DNA of 64,000 nt, taken from the IMG/VR virus record IMGVR_UViG_3300044839_000009, positions 23,407 to 87,406 of that record; one strand, 5' to 3'. Origin of the DNA: a virus. The notes beneath the pieces are model-generated. The model had not been told where the DNA came from and ran no database searches. It saw only the letters and a program-made list of their open reading frames with translations. Positions 27,044 through 36,588 of the stretch are shown piece after piece. A program made the translations under genes and the position numbers. Each line of letters opens with the position of its first letter. Position 1 is the stretch's first letter.

Positions 27044-29136
27044 GCAAGTAGGGCATTGGCTGCCGCCTCCACCGTTGAGCGCATCCAGCCGCGAACCTGC
27101 GGCTTGTTGTTCCAGCTCTGCCGCGACGCGGTCGCCCCGGGCACCAGATCCGCCAACAGAGACTGCAGCTCCGCGCCATCGGCGGCGATCTTTTCGTCGA
27201 TGATCAGAGCGGTCGGCAGGAACGTGGACCGCTCCTCCTCGAACAGGCCCAGCAGTGCGGAGATCTTCAAGGCGCGGGCGTCGTCGACGAGCATCAGGCG
27301 ATCCGACAGCGACAAGCCGCCATCGCCAGACATCGACTCGGGCCCGTACTCGTCCGCCAGGTGCAGCAGCTTCGCCTCAGCGAGCGTGTCGTAGTCGAAC
27401 CACGGACGGCCCGCAGCCTTGCGCTCCTCAACGGCCCGCCGGATGCCCCCGTTCGAGTGCTCGTTCCACCCGTACAGCAGCGCCCGAACCAGACCAGCAC
27501 CCTTGATGTAGGACCGGCCCGCGTCGTTCTTGATGTCCTTGTTCTGCGCAGGCTCCAGCCGGTCCGGACGGAACCCAGCCGCACCGGCACCCGGACCGAA
27601 CACGAGGCGGATGTCGTCGAAGCGGGAAGCGAGCATCACGCGGAACGTGAACGAGTCCGCCACGGCGTCACCGAGGCTGTCGCTGGTGGCGTCCTGGCCG
27701 GCGGCGATCGGGAACATACCCACCTGCTTGCCGAGGCGGCAGAGCTGAATGAACAGCTCCTTCGCCTTCTGGCTGAGGTAGATGAACTCGTCTACGCAGG
27801 GATAGATGTCGGGGTACTCGCGGGACGCCACCCACGTGTCGCCCATCTTGAGCCTGTTGCGGACCACATTGCGGGCCTCGGCCATCTTCACGAGGTAGCC
27901 GAGCCACAGTTCGCAGTCCTTGTTGCCGCGGATCGGGGGGACGGCCATGACGCCTTCGAACTCGCGCAGTCCGTCCTTGACGGGGTCGAGGTCGAGGGCG
28001 ATCGCGTTGTGACAGGCCGTGATGACCTCGGCCAGGTCGCGCAGGACACCGGTGGTCTTCGCAGACCCGGACGATCCGATGACGAGGATGCGGAGGCCTT
28101 CGAGGACCACGTCGAGGGCGGTGCCGTCCATGCAGCGGCCGAAGTTGTGCGGGTCGGAGATGCTGAGGCTGTTCGGGGCGTGAACGGTCGGCTTGGGCAT
28201 GTCGGCGAACGGGTCGCCGGTGACGAGCCGCAGCGTGATGTGGGCCCGGTTGCTGGCGTCTGTTTCGACGAGGAGGCCGCCGGACCGGAGGTGCATGTGG
28301 GCTTCGAGTTTGTCGGCGGCCTTGTTGACGTCGTCGGGGGTGGAGCCCTTGAGGTCGATGTCGACCTCCCAGCCCCAGCCGCGGTGCCCCAGGATGTCGA
28401 CGCGACGAGTGCCGATGCCTTCGTAGGTCAGTGCGCGGCCCAGGCACTCCTCGACCTGCTGGCCACCGGTGCACCAGGCGAGCGGGAACGGCTCTTCTCC
28501 GTCGTCGGCGTCGGCGGCGGCGATCAGCTCCTGCGGGGCGAGCTTGTTCTCGAGCCGGTACCGGCCGTACAGGGTGAGGAGCGCCCCGGCAGCGAGGGCT
28601 TCGGTGCCGGGGGCGACGGCCCACGAGTAGTCCACCGCGGTGAGGCCGGCGTACTTCACGAGCGCCCACCACGACGCCAGGTCCGTAGCCACGGTCCCGG
28701 CGGCGAGCCAGCCCAGGGTGCGCCAGCGCTTCTTGCGGGTGATCTCGACCTTGTTCCAGTCGGCGCCCCGGCTCATGCCGCCGATGACCTCCTGGAGGTC
28801 GTGGGCGCGGACGTACCGGTAGCCGAGGTGTCCAGCGGCTTTGGCGCCGTGACCGAAGTAGTAGGTGAGTCCACACGCCCGGCGCGCCGACAGGCCGACG
28901 ACGCGGCCGGTGCGCGAGGCGACGACCATGGCGGCGGACGCGCCCCGGTAGAGGACGGGCGGGCGGGGCGTGTAGTACTCGACGACGCCCGGCGCGATGT
29001 CGTCCTCGTCTCCGTGGGGCTGCGGGATGACCTCGCCGACGATCGTCTCCGTCACGCCCGCGGGCTTCATGAAGTCGGGCACGTCGAGGTCGTCGGCCGG
29101 GTCGGCGGGCGGACGGTGGAAGCCGTTGATGGTCAC
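27034..29136 (-). CDS. traB: TraB-like FtsK/SpoIIIE conjugal DNA translocase
   Basis: 700 aa; N-terminal TM segments, Walker A GSSGSAKT, Walker B YPCVDE, LCRLGKQVGMFPIAAGQ and a C-terminal wHTH-sized domain. Confidence 0.85.
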   Translation of the reverse strand: MTINGFHRPPADPADDLDVPDFMKPAGVTETIVGEVIPQPHGDEDDIAPGVVEYYTPRPPVLYRGASAAMVVASRTGRVVGLSARRACGLTYYFGHGAKAAGHLGYRYVRAHDLQEVIGGMSRGADWNKVEITRKKRWRTLGWLAAGTVATDLASWWALVKYAGLTAVDYSWAVAPGTEALAAGALLTLYGRYRLENKLAPQELIAAADADDGEEPFPLAWCTGGQQVEECLGRALTYEGIGTRRVDILGHRGWGWEVDIDLKGSTPDDVNKAADKLEAHMHLRSGGLLVETDASNRAHITLRLVTGDPFADMPKPTVHAPNSLSISDPHNFGRCMDGTALDVVLEGLRILVIGSSGSAKTTGVLRDLAEVITACHNAIALDLDPVKDGLREFEGVMAVPPIRGNKDCELWLGYLVKMAEARNVVRNRLKMGDTWVASREYPDIYPCVDEFIYLSQKAKELFIQLCRLGKQVGMFPIAAGQDATSDSLGDAVADSFTFRVMLASRFDDIRLVFGPGAGAAGFRPDRLEPAQNKDIKNDAGRSYIKGAGLVRALLYGWNEHSNGGIRRAVEERKAAGRPWFDYDTLAEAKLLHLADEYGPESMSGDGGLSLSDRLMLVDDARALKISALLGLFEEERSTFLPTALIIDEKIAADGAELQSLLADLVPGATASRQSWNNKPQVRGWMRSTVEAAANALLAPS

Positions 29137-29157
29137 GGTCGAACTCCTCTCAGGTGG

Positions 29158-30573
29158 TCAGTTGGCGGGGCTGGTGGCGGTCTGCTCGATGGATGCCTGC
29201 CGCTTCGCGAGCGGGCTGTTCGGCTGCGCGTCGCCGGGCGTGCGGAGCGGCGGGATGCCGCCGTTGTTGCGGCGTCCGTCGGGGGCGTCGGGGTCACGCT
29301 TCGCGCGTGGTGCCTTTTGGGATTCGACCTGTGACAATGCGTCACCGGGAGCGATCTCCATGGCGGCCTTCATCCGGGCCTGAGCGAGACGGCTCAGCTC
29401 CTCGATGTCGGGCGTGATGCCGACCGTCCGGGAGCCGGTGACGCGAGACCAGGCGTCGCTCCAAATCTGCTCGGTGACGAACTGCGAACCACGCGCGGAA
29501 CGCATCGCCTCGGCGACCTCCCACACCTGCGGGTGGCCCTCCTTGCGGTCCTCGTCCCGGCGCTTCTGCTCGGCCCCGGCTTGCTTCTGCTGCTCGGCCT
29601 TCTCGGCGGCGGCCTTCTTCGCGGCGGCGTCCTTCTCTGCCTTCGCCTTCTCCCGGTCGGCCGCCTCCTTGGCCTTCGCCTTGTCGCTGGCGCGGCGCTC
29701 CCGGAGCGACGGGATGCCGTCAGCCTTCTGGGCGATGCCATGCTCGTAGGCCATGAGGACGATCGGGCCACCAAGAGAAGCGAGGGCACCAATCAGTCCG
29801 GCGTTCAGGCCGATCGCGGGGTCGGTGAGGCCGTGCCACAGGTTGACACCAGCGGCGATCATCGCGCCGAACATGATGCCGATCCGGTACGGCATTACGT
29901 CACGGCGGTGAGCGACCGCCCAAGCTGCGCCACACGCCAACACCAACGCCAGGCCTTCGAGCAGGGCCGGGGCCGCCACCATGAACTTGCGCTCGGGGTC
30001 CCAGAAGGCGATGAACTGCACCGGCGCGGCGATGATCAGACCCACGGCGTAGATACCGCGGGCGCCCCACTTCCACAGAGACTCGGTGCGCTGCTGCTCG
30101 GCGGCACGCTCGGCTTCACGCTGAGCCTCGTCCTCCGCAGCCTTGTCGGACTTCTCCTTGGCGGCCTTCGCGGATGCTTCCTCGTTGGCCTTCTTGGCGA
30201 GGTATGCAACCTGGTCGGCCTGGTCGCGCTCCAGCTTCATGCGGGCGCGCTCGTTGGTGATCCGCAGCCGCTCTGCCTCCTCGGCGGCCTTGATCTCAAC
30301 GGCCTTCGCCTCGGCCTCGGCACGGATGCGCCGCTCCTCAGCCTCAGCCTCGGCACGGGTGCGGATGGCCTCGGCCTCGGCCTCCGCAATCGGGTCGACT
30401 CCAGGGGCGGTGGCGGTCTTGGCGACCACGGGAGCGGCCTCGACGGTCTCGGGCGCCTCGGCCTGGCGCTCCCACACGGTGGCACCGCGGTCGAAGTTGA
30501 TCGGCTGCCAGGGTCCGAGCTCGCGGACGGCAGGCCGCTTGGTGCCGTTCATCTGGGTCGGGCCGGCGTTCAC
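29158..30573 (-). CDS. Spread (Spd/DUF2637-like) membrane protein with coiled coils
   Basis: Central ~4 TM helices (APALLEGLALVL...AGVNLWHG...GGPIVLMAYEH) flanked by Ala/Glu/Lys coiled coils; just upstream of traB. Confidence 0.75.
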   Translation of the reverse strand: MNAGPTQMNGTKRPAVRELGPWQPINFDRGATVWERQAEAPETVEAAPVVAKTATAPGVDPIAEAEAEAIRTRAEAEAEERRIRAEAEAKAVEIKAAEEAERLRITNERARMKLERDQADQVAYLAKKANEEASAKAAKEKSDKAAEDEAQREAERAAEQQRTESLWKWGARGIYAVGLIIAAPVQFIAFWDPERKFMVAAPALLEGLALVLACGAAWAVAHRRDVMPYRIGIMFGAMIAAGVNLWHGLTDPAIGLNAGLIGALASLGGPIVLMAYEHGIAQKADGIPSLRERRASDKAKAKEAADREKAKAEKDAAAKKAAAEKAEQQKQAGAEQKRRDEDRKEGHPQVWEVAEAMRSARGSQFVTEQIWSDAWSRVTGSRTVGITPDIEELSRLAQARMKAAMEIAPGDALSQVESQKAPRAKRDPDAPDGRRNNGGIPPLRTPGDAQPNSPLAKRQASIEQTATSPAN

Positions 30574-30609
30574 GACTGATCTCCTGTCTGGTTGATGCGG
30601 GGTGGGTGG

Positions 30610-30909
30610 TTACGCGGCGGGCCGGCTGGCCCATCCGCGGTGGAACTCGGCGGTGAACGCGTCGGCCATGCCGACGCCGATGGTCTGACCGACCGGCGGC
30701 TTCCCCGCCCGGGCCGCGGCCTCGAACTCCAGCCGGGCCGCGAACGTCGCCGCCAGCCCGATCAGCGCCCGGGCCGCACGCAGACCGAACACCGCCAGAC
30801 CGAGCAGCAGGGGGCCGCTCCACACCAGGACACGAGGGATCCAGCGGCCCAGCCAGCGCACGGCCTGCTGGCGCCGGGACGGCTTCGCGGTGATCAGATA
30901 GGCGTGCAT
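30610..30909 (-). CDS. Small membrane protein
   Basis: 99 aa with a hydrophobic segment. Confidence 0.6.
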   Translation of the reverse strand: MHAYLITAKPSRRQQAVRWLGRWIPRVLVWSGPLLLGLAVFGLRAARALIGLAATFAARLEFEAAARAGKPPVGQTIGVGMADAFTAEFHRGWASRPAA

Positions 30910-30934
30910 GACGGGCCTCCTTCAGGGGTCGGGG

Positions 30935-31171
30935 TCAGTCGCTGTCGGACGTGACGGTCTTCGCTCGCTGCCACGCAGCCCACAGGTGGCCGAGGCCCAT
31001 GTAGACGCTGGTGAAGCTGCCGAACAACGCGAACAAGCCCCACGCGAACGGCATGTGGTGCGCGACGAGCTGGGTGCCGAGAAGCACGGCGAAGACGAGG
31101 GCGATTGCGGCGAACACCCAGTAGGCGATGCTGTCGTCACGGGCCTGGGCGGGCTTGTCGGTGGCGGTCAC
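30935..31171 (-). CDS. Small two-TM protein
   Basis: IAYWVFAAIALVFAVLLG...FAWGLFALFGSF. Confidence 0.6.
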   Translation of the reverse strand: MTATDKPAQARDDSIAYWVFAAIALVFAVLLGTQLVAHHMPFAWGLFALFGSFTSVYMGLGHLWAAWQRAKTVTSDSD

Positions 31172-31214
31172 GATGGTCCTTTCAGTGGTCGGGATCCGGT
31201 CGGGATGGCGGGGG

Positions 31215-31442
31215 CTAGTTGGTGCGGACGCGCCGTGAGTCGTTGATGGAGTCGGCGAGGAGTCGCCTGGCGTCGATGCCGCGCGGCACGGCGAAGTCGT
31301 GCCTGCGCGGGCACCGCAGGCGGGCCTGGCCACCCGCGCGCCCGTGGACCGTCAGGCCCGTGCGGGCGCTGCACGACGGGCACACGGCGGCGACACCGCC
31401 GCCGGTGATCTCGCCGTCATAGGTGGTCTCGAAGTAGTTCAT
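31215..31442 (-). CDS. Small zinc-ribbon protein
   Basis: CPSC...CPRRH; AAGGA RBS. Confidence 0.55.
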   Translation of the reverse strand: MNYFETTYDGEITGGGVAAVCPSCSARTGLTVHGRAGGQARLRCPRRHDFAVPRGIDARRLLADSINDSRRVRTN

Positions 31443-31526
31443 GGGGTTCCTTCCGAGTCGGGCGGTACGGGGTCGCTGGCTGTTCTCCTTGGTGCTCACC
31501 CGGGGGCTGAGCACCGCGGACAGCAG

Positions 31527-31706
31527 TCAGCTCTTCGCGGCCTGCTCTTCGGCCCAGTCGGCGAGGCGCGTCTGACGGTCGGCGGCTTCGGTGTCGCCGT
31601 TGCGCTCGTGCCTCTCGGCGTTGCGACGGGACTGCTTGGCTTCGGCGGCGAAGTTCTGACTGTCGGTGTTGGTGGACGACTGGCCGGAGCGGTTGAACAG
31701 GCCCAT
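31527..31706 (-). CDS. Small hypothetical protein
   Basis: MGLFNRSGQ...; AAGGA RBS. Confidence 0.55.
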   Translation of the reverse strand: MGLFNRSGQSSTNTDSQNFAAEAKQSRRNAERHERNGDTEAADRQTRLADWAEEQAAKS

Positions 31707-31740
31707 GGCTGGGTCCTTTCGGGTCGCGGTGCGGGGCTGG

Positions 31741-32091
31741 TCAGAGACCGAGGACGTGGTACGGGAACGGCTCGTGCTCCATCCCGACGCCGAAACTCTT
31801 GATCCAGTACCAGTGGAACGGGAACTCCCGGACGCCCAACTCCATGAGGGCGATGGCCCGGTGGTGCCCGTCACCGACGTACACGTCGTCCGGGAAGCGC
31901 TCGGAGATGCCCAGCTCAATCGGCTTCCGCAGCCCGACCTTCGCGATCGACTCCTTCAGCTCCTCAACCAGCTTCCGGTCCTTCCCGGGGCGGGCGAACT
32001 CGCGCTCGGCGTCAGCCCACTTCCGGAACTGGATCGGACGGATCTTGCTGTCGGTGAGGAGCGACGTCCGCATCTGGCCCAGGTACTTCAT
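31741..32091 (-). CDS. ParB/Sulfiredoxin N-terminal domain protein
   Basis: LKESIAKVGLRKPI...VGDGHHRAIALMELG. Confidence 0.8.
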   Translation of the reverse strand: MKYLGQMRTSLLTDSKIRPIQFRKWADAEREFARPGKDRKLVEELKESIAKVGLRKPIELGISERFPDDVYVGDGHHRAIALMELGVREFPFHWYWIKSFGVGMEHEPFPYHVLGL

Positions 32092-32424
32092 CGGTCGATC
32101 CCTTCAGGTAAGTGGGGCGGGGGGTGGGTCACCGGGTTCGGGTCTGGCTGGGGGAGCCGTAAGCCACCCGAACCCGGCGGTCTGTGGGTTCAGCGGGGCC
32201 GGTTCTCGCTGCGCCGGTTGGCCTCAGCGACCCTGCGGGCCAGCTCGGCACGCTCGGACTCGGTCACGGTCACCACCCCCACACATCTGCTTCGTGACGC
32301 GACAGGGGACGGGACGGGGCCTGGGTCGGCTGCGCGGCGATCGCCTTACGGAGGGCGGCCTCGACGACCGACAGTGCGGCGACCTTCGGCGGCAAGGGCG
32401 GGATGGCGGGCGGCGTGGGCTGAG

Positions 32425-32790
32425 TCATTCGTCCCACGTCCCGTCGCACAGCGCGTAGGTGACGGCGACCGCACCAGCGGTGTCGGCCTTCGCGGGATTG
32501 GCGTACCAGTCCTCTTCGGCGCAGTCGCACACCTCGAAGTCGGCCTCGCTACACCCCTCGATGTGCCGCTCGAACACCACCCAGTCGCGGTCGACGTTGC
32601 CCTGCAAGGTCAGCGCGCCACTGTTGGGGGTCTCCACGATGCGGAGCCGCCGCACGATCTCGTCCTCGTCGATGTGCCCGAGGAACAAGGTGCGGTCCCA
32701 GTTGTCCGCCATGACCGGCGCGAACGCCTCGACGGGAATCGGGGTGCCGGCACGGTCGACGAGGACCTCGGTCAGGGTCAGGGCGATCAC
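32425..32790 (-). CDS. Hypothetical protein
   Basis: 121 aa, coupled to its neighbours. Confidence 0.6.
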   Translation of the reverse strand: MIALTLTEVLVDRAGTPIPVEAFAPVMADNWDRTLFLGHIDEDEIVRRLRIVETPNSGALTLQGNVDRDWVVFERHIEGCSEADFEVCDCAEEDWYANPAKADTAGAVAVTYALCDGTWDE

Positions 32791-33164
32791 AGCTCACCAC
32801 CGGCGGCGAGCTCGTAGGCCAGCTGGTGGGCGTCCTGGCGGTCGTCGAACCAGTAGGCGACCGTGGTCGTCACCCGGTCCAGAGCGGCGTGGCCAGCCGA
32901 GGACAGACCCGTCAGATCCGTGCGGACCGGAAGCGGCACAGCCTTGGCGGCCTCGACGAGACGCTCATACACCTCGAAGTCGAAGCGCGACCACATTGAG
33001 AGGTCCGGGTGGGTGGCGCGGAAAGCGGTGAGGGCGGGGGCGCCCTGGGGGCGGAGGGCGGTGGCGGTCTGGGTAAGGTTCACTTCGATCTCCCGGGTGC
33101 TTAGTGGCTTCGGGTGGTCTAGCCCCGATCCGGCGTTCGCAGCGCTGGGTCGGGGTTCTTGCAT
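32787..33164 (-). CDS. Hypothetical protein
   Basis: 125 aa, second gene of the leftward operon. Confidence 0.55.
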   Translation of the reverse strand: MQEPRPSAANAGSGLDHPKPLSTREIEVNLTQTATALRPQGAPALTAFRATHPDLSMWSRFDFEVYERLVEAAKAVPLPVRTDLTGLSSAGHAALDRVTTTVAYWFDDRQDAHQLAYELAAGGEL

Positions 33165-33165
33165 G

Positions 33166-33369
33166 TCAGGCGATCTCGGACTCGGGGATGCGGATCGCTC
33201 CGCCTCGCCCTTCCTGTCCGCGCGACCACTGCTTGCCGTGGCGGATGGCCTTGAGCTCTCCGTCGTGAACCCACCGGTAGACGGTCGACTTGCTGACCCT
33301 CAGTCGGCGCGAGACCTCGCCCACGGTCAGCATCGGCGGGCTGTTTACGGGCTGCATGAAGCCCTCCAA
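33166..33369 (-). CDS. Excisionase-like HTH DNA-binding protein
   Basis: MLTVGEVSRRLRVSKSTVYRWVHDGELKAIR...IRIPESEI. Confidence 0.85.
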   Translation of the reverse strand: MEGFMQPVNSPPMLTVGEVSRRLRVSKSTVYRWVHDGELKAIRHGKQWSRGQEGRGGAIRIPESEIA

Positions 33370-33393
33370 TCGAGTCGGGGCGGGGCAACAAAA

Positions 33394-33426
33394 CGACCGT
33401 ACAGGGTTTCCTGAATACCTGCAATC
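33394..33426 (-). promoter_or_regulatory. Leftward promoter/operator of the transfer operon
   Basis: TTGCAG -17 nt- TACGGT on the minus strand; near-identical inverted copy at 34882-34914. Confidence 0.75.
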
Positions 33427-33489
33427 CTCTCGCCGTTCTCACAGTCCAAATCGGGCCACCTATCCTGAACACCAGAGGCAGTAGCAGTC

Positions 33490-34041
33490 ATGGACAACAC
33501 AGGAGGACGTGTGGACGGAGAGTGGGTCAGCACCTCGGCCCCGTATCTCGACCCGCGAGGCGGGGATGCATGGGGCGCCGAGGCAGAAGCACTCGGGGGG
33601 CGAGGAGCGCAGCGCTTGGCGTTCGTCGGCGAAATCGACCCACCGGAAGCCGTCGCGCGCGACCTCGGCATCCCGGAAGGGGAACGCGCCATCGTCCGGC
33701 GGCGCGTCATGCTCCTCAACGACAAGCCAGTCGAGCTGACCGACTCGTACTACACGACGTCCGTGGCCGCAGGCACCGCCCTCGCGACCCCCCGCAAGAT
33801 CCCCGGCGGCGCCGTCAAGCTACTGGCCGACCTCGGCTACGTCGGGGCCACCGTCCAGGAATCCGTCACGGCGCAGCCAGCGACCGATGACGAACGAGAT
33901 GCCCTCGACCTCGACGACGGCGAATGGGTGATGACCCTCGCGCGTCTCACTCTCGCAGCGGACGGCACGGCGATTGAAGCCAGCGTGATGACCATGCCCG
34001 CCCGGCAGCGCAGGCTGCTCTACACCATGAAAGTCGGCTGA
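33490..34041 (+). CDS. Stand-alone UTRA domain protein (GntR effector domain without HTH)
   Basis: VARDLGIPEGERAIVRRRVMLLNDKPVELTDSYY...RKIPGG; paralogous to the C-terminus of the next gene. Confidence 0.85.
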   Translation: MDNTGGRVDGEWVSTSAPYLDPRGGDAWGAEAEALGGRGAQRLAFVGEIDPPEAVARDLGIPEGERAIVRRRVMLLNDKPVELTDSYYTTSVAAGTALATPRKIPGGAVKLLADLGYVGATVQESVTAQPATDDERDALDLDDGEWVMTLARLTLAADGTAIEASVMTMPARQRRLLYTMKVG

Positions 34042-34043
34042 CC

Positions 34044-34808
34044 ATGCCCGAGAACGAAGACGAGCAGAGAGGCCCGTGGGCCAAACACGAGCTGATCACC
34101 GCCTACCTGCGGTACGGCATCCTGACAGGCGAGTACCCGCCGGGAAGCAACCTGCCTCCCACCCGCATCCTGAAGGAGATGTTCAAGGCCGCCCCGCAGA
34201 CCATCCGCGAAGCGACCATGAAGCTCGCCGAGGAGAAGCTGGTCTACAGCAAGATGGGCAGCGGCATCGTGGTGCGCGATCACCGGCAGACCACGATGAC
34301 GCCCGCGGCCTACAAGGATCCGGCCGGACCCGGAGAGAAGTACCGGTGGATCGCCGAGGCGGAACGGCACGGCCGGGCAGGACGTTCTGACCTGCTCTTC
34401 GTCGGCGAGGTCACTCCGCCGGCCGACGTGCGCGCAGCCATGGGACTCGCCGAGGACGGCACGGCCATGGAGCGCCGCCAGGTGATGTACCTGGACGACG
34501 AGCCGTGCGAACTGGTCAAGTCGTACTACCCGATGGACCTTGCGCGCGACACGGCCATGGCCGTCAAGCGGAAGATCAAGGGCGGCACGCCTCGCCTGCT
34601 GGCCGACATGGGCTACCCGCCAGTGAAGTGCATCGACAAGGTGTCGGCGATCCAGCCGACTCCGGAGCAGTACGAGGCTCTTCAGATGCCTACGAAGCTT
34701 CCCGTGTTGCGCACCTTGCGGACGGTGTTGAGTGTCGACGACCGGATCATCGAGGTGTCAGAGATGGCGAAGGCTGGTCACCTGTACGAGATGCAGTACG
34801 AGTTCTAG
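34044..34808 (+). CDS. GntR/HutC-family repressor (Kor-like)
   Basis: LRYGILTGEYPPGSNLPP...TIREATMKL...KMGSGIVVR plus UTRA domain; divergent from the traB operon. Confidence 0.9.
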   Translation: MPENEDEQRGPWAKHELITAYLRYGILTGEYPPGSNLPPTRILKEMFKAAPQTIREATMKLAEEKLVYSKMGSGIVVRDHRQTTMTPAAYKDPAGPGEKYRWIAEAERHGRAGRSDLLFVGEVTPPADVRAAMGLAEDGTAMERRQVMYLDDEPCELVKSYYPMDLARDTAMAVKRKIKGGTPRLLADMGYPPVKCIDKVSAIQPTPEQYEALQMPTKLPVLRTLRTVLSVDDRIIEVSEMAKAGHLYEMQYEF

Positions 34809-34819
34809 GCGGCACCAAG

Positions 34820-34860
34820 AGGCGCCCCCACCCGGTCCAGGGAGGGGGCGCCTTTGCGTT
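34820..34860 (+). terminator. Intrinsic terminator after the GntR gene
   Basis: AGGCGCCCCC...GGGGGCGCCT followed by TTGCGTT. Confidence 0.7.
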
Positions 34861-34881
34861 GATCTACCCTTAGAGAGAAGT

Positions 34882-34914
34882 GATTGCAGCCTTTCAGGAA
34901 ACCCTGTACGGTCG
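34882..34914 (+). promoter_or_regulatory. Rightward twin promoter/operator
   Basis: TTGCAG (34884) -17 nt- TACGGT (34907); shares a 22-bp identical core with 33394-33415. Confidence 0.75.
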
Positions 34915-34953
34915 GACTGTGGCTCAGCCCACACCGATCTACGAAGGGACGCC

Positions 34954-35601
34954 ATGACCACGCCTGCCGAGCGCCCGGTCGTCAGTTTGCGGACCGGCTA
35001 CATGCAGGAGCTGAACAAATCCCCATCCGCGCTCTACCGCCTCTACGACTCGGAAGACCGCCTGATGTACCTGGGCATCACCATGAATCCGAAGCGGAGA
35101 TTCCAGCAGCACGGGGCCGACAAGTTCTGGTGGCACCTGGTCGTCCGCCATGAGATCGAGTGGCACGCGAACCGGGTTCTGGCGGCAGAGGCCGAGCATG
35201 CGGCGATCCTCAGTGAAAAGCCCGTACATGACGCCTCGTACCGCTTCGCCACCGGCCTGAAGTACGCCTACGTCAACCCTCCGAGCGACCCGTATTGGCG
35301 ACCCCTCGCCCAGCTCATCTACCACGAGATCGAGGCAGGGATCTATCCGCCCGGCGAAGACCTCCCCCGACCGACCAAGATGGCGGCCAAGTACCGGGTC
35401 TCTCGCGCGTCGGTGGAAAGGGCCCTCAGTCGGTTGATCGAGTGCCGAATGGTGGAGAGTCGCCTTCCCGCGGGGTCGTGCCGGGTGTACACCGCCTGCC
35501 CTTCCCCTGATCGTCGCCCGGTCGAGTCCGTATGGGGGCCGACAATCGGCGAGGCGCGGGAGTTCCGTGAGCGCACCCGGCGCGCCGCCAGCTTTCGATA
35601 G
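34954..35601 (+). CDS. GIY-YIG-like nuclease fused to a C-terminal GntR-type wHTH
   Basis: ALYRLYDSEDRLMYLGIT.NPKRRFQQH...AEAEHAAI..EKP, then IEAGIYPPGEDLP...AAKYRVSRASVERALSRL. Confidence 0.8.
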   Translation: MTTPAERPVVSLRTGYMQELNKSPSALYRLYDSEDRLMYLGITMNPKRRFQQHGADKFWWHLVVRHEIEWHANRVLAAEAEHAAILSEKPVHDASYRFATGLKYAYVNPPSDPYWRPLAQLIYHEIEAGIYPPGEDLPRPTKMAAKYRVSRASVERALSRLIECRMVESRLPAGSCRVYTACPSPDRRPVESVWGPTIGEAREFRERTRRAASFR

Positions 35602-35694
35602 CAGCACAACGGCCGGGGTGGTGACCCCGGCCGAAGTAACCAGCGGTGTCCGCCGCTGATCCGTGATCCATCCCCGCGAAGAGAGGACACACCC

Positions 35695-36123
35695 ATGACT
35701 GTAATGGACGAAGCCCCCGCGATGCCCGCCCCGATCCTGGTGGCCCCGGTCACCACCACACCCCCGCAGCCGCGCTGGGCGACGGTCACTGTCTGCGGTT
35801 CCCCGGTCCAGGTCGAGGAGCCCGTCTGGTGCACCGGCTGCGAGGGCGACGCGGTGGTGTGCTTGGAGGATCTCCAGCACTCGGGCGAGGAGCTGTCCCT
35901 GTCACTGCCGGGCAGCAACGGCGCGGAGACCGCGGTCACCGTGCAACTGATCTGCTGGCCGTTCTCGGAGAAGCCGGCGGAGCGCACGCCTTACGTGTCG
36001 CTGCAGGCGACGTCCGGGGATTGCACGCCGTTGACGGCGTCTCTCGCGGAGTCTGTGGCGGCCGGTCTGGAGCGGCATGCGGCGATGCTGCGGGCGTTGA
36101 CTGGGCAGCTCGCGGGCGTCTGA
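35695..36123 (+). CDS. DUF6907-like protein
   Basis: EPVWCTGC...LEDLQHSG...WPFSE...A..LAAGLERHAAMLR. Confidence 0.6.
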   Translation: MTVMDEAPAMPAPILVAPVTTTPPQPRWATVTVCGSPVQVEEPVWCTGCEGDAVVCLEDLQHSGEELSLSLPGSNGAETAVTVQLICWPFSEKPAERTPYVSLQATSGDCTPLTASLAESVAAGLERHAAMLRALTGQLAGV

Positions 36124-36204
36124 TCTACCTCTGAACACCCCTTCGGCCGGGCGGGATTCGACACGCCCGGCCGTTGTCATAGCAACGACTTCGAGGAGTA
36201 GTTC

Positions 36205-36459
36205 ATGGACGAGAACACCATCATCCGCGTGGTCCATTCGGGCCCGGAGTTGATGCCGCCGGAGTGGGCGCAGGACGAGAGGCTGACCTACGGGGCGCGA
36301 GGCCTGCTCGGTCTGATCATGGCGCACGGCGGCAAGTGGGACATCGACGCCGCCGGCATCGCAGAGCAGAACCCAAAGGACACCGTCGAGGAGATCGAGG
36401 GCTACATCGCGGAGCTGGTGCGCGAGGGCTACCTGGATCCGGACTCGCTCGACAAGTAG
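36205..36459 (+). CDS. Small wHTH protein resembling the N-terminus of replication initiators
   Basis: AQDERLTYGARGLLGLIM...IAELVREGYL. Confidence 0.65.
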   Translation: MDENTIIRVVHSGPELMPPEWAQDERLTYGARGLLGLIMAHGGKWDIDAAGIAEQNPKDTVEEIEGYIAELVREGYLDPDSLDK

Positions 36460-36588
36460 CAGACATGCGAACGGCCGGGCTGTGGAGGCCCGGCCGTCTC
36501 GATCAGCGGGTGGCGACCCGCATGACCCAAAGAGGTTCCCCTTGAAGGTACAGAGCCACGCACGCTTCCGCCAGCAGGCGGCGGTGCG

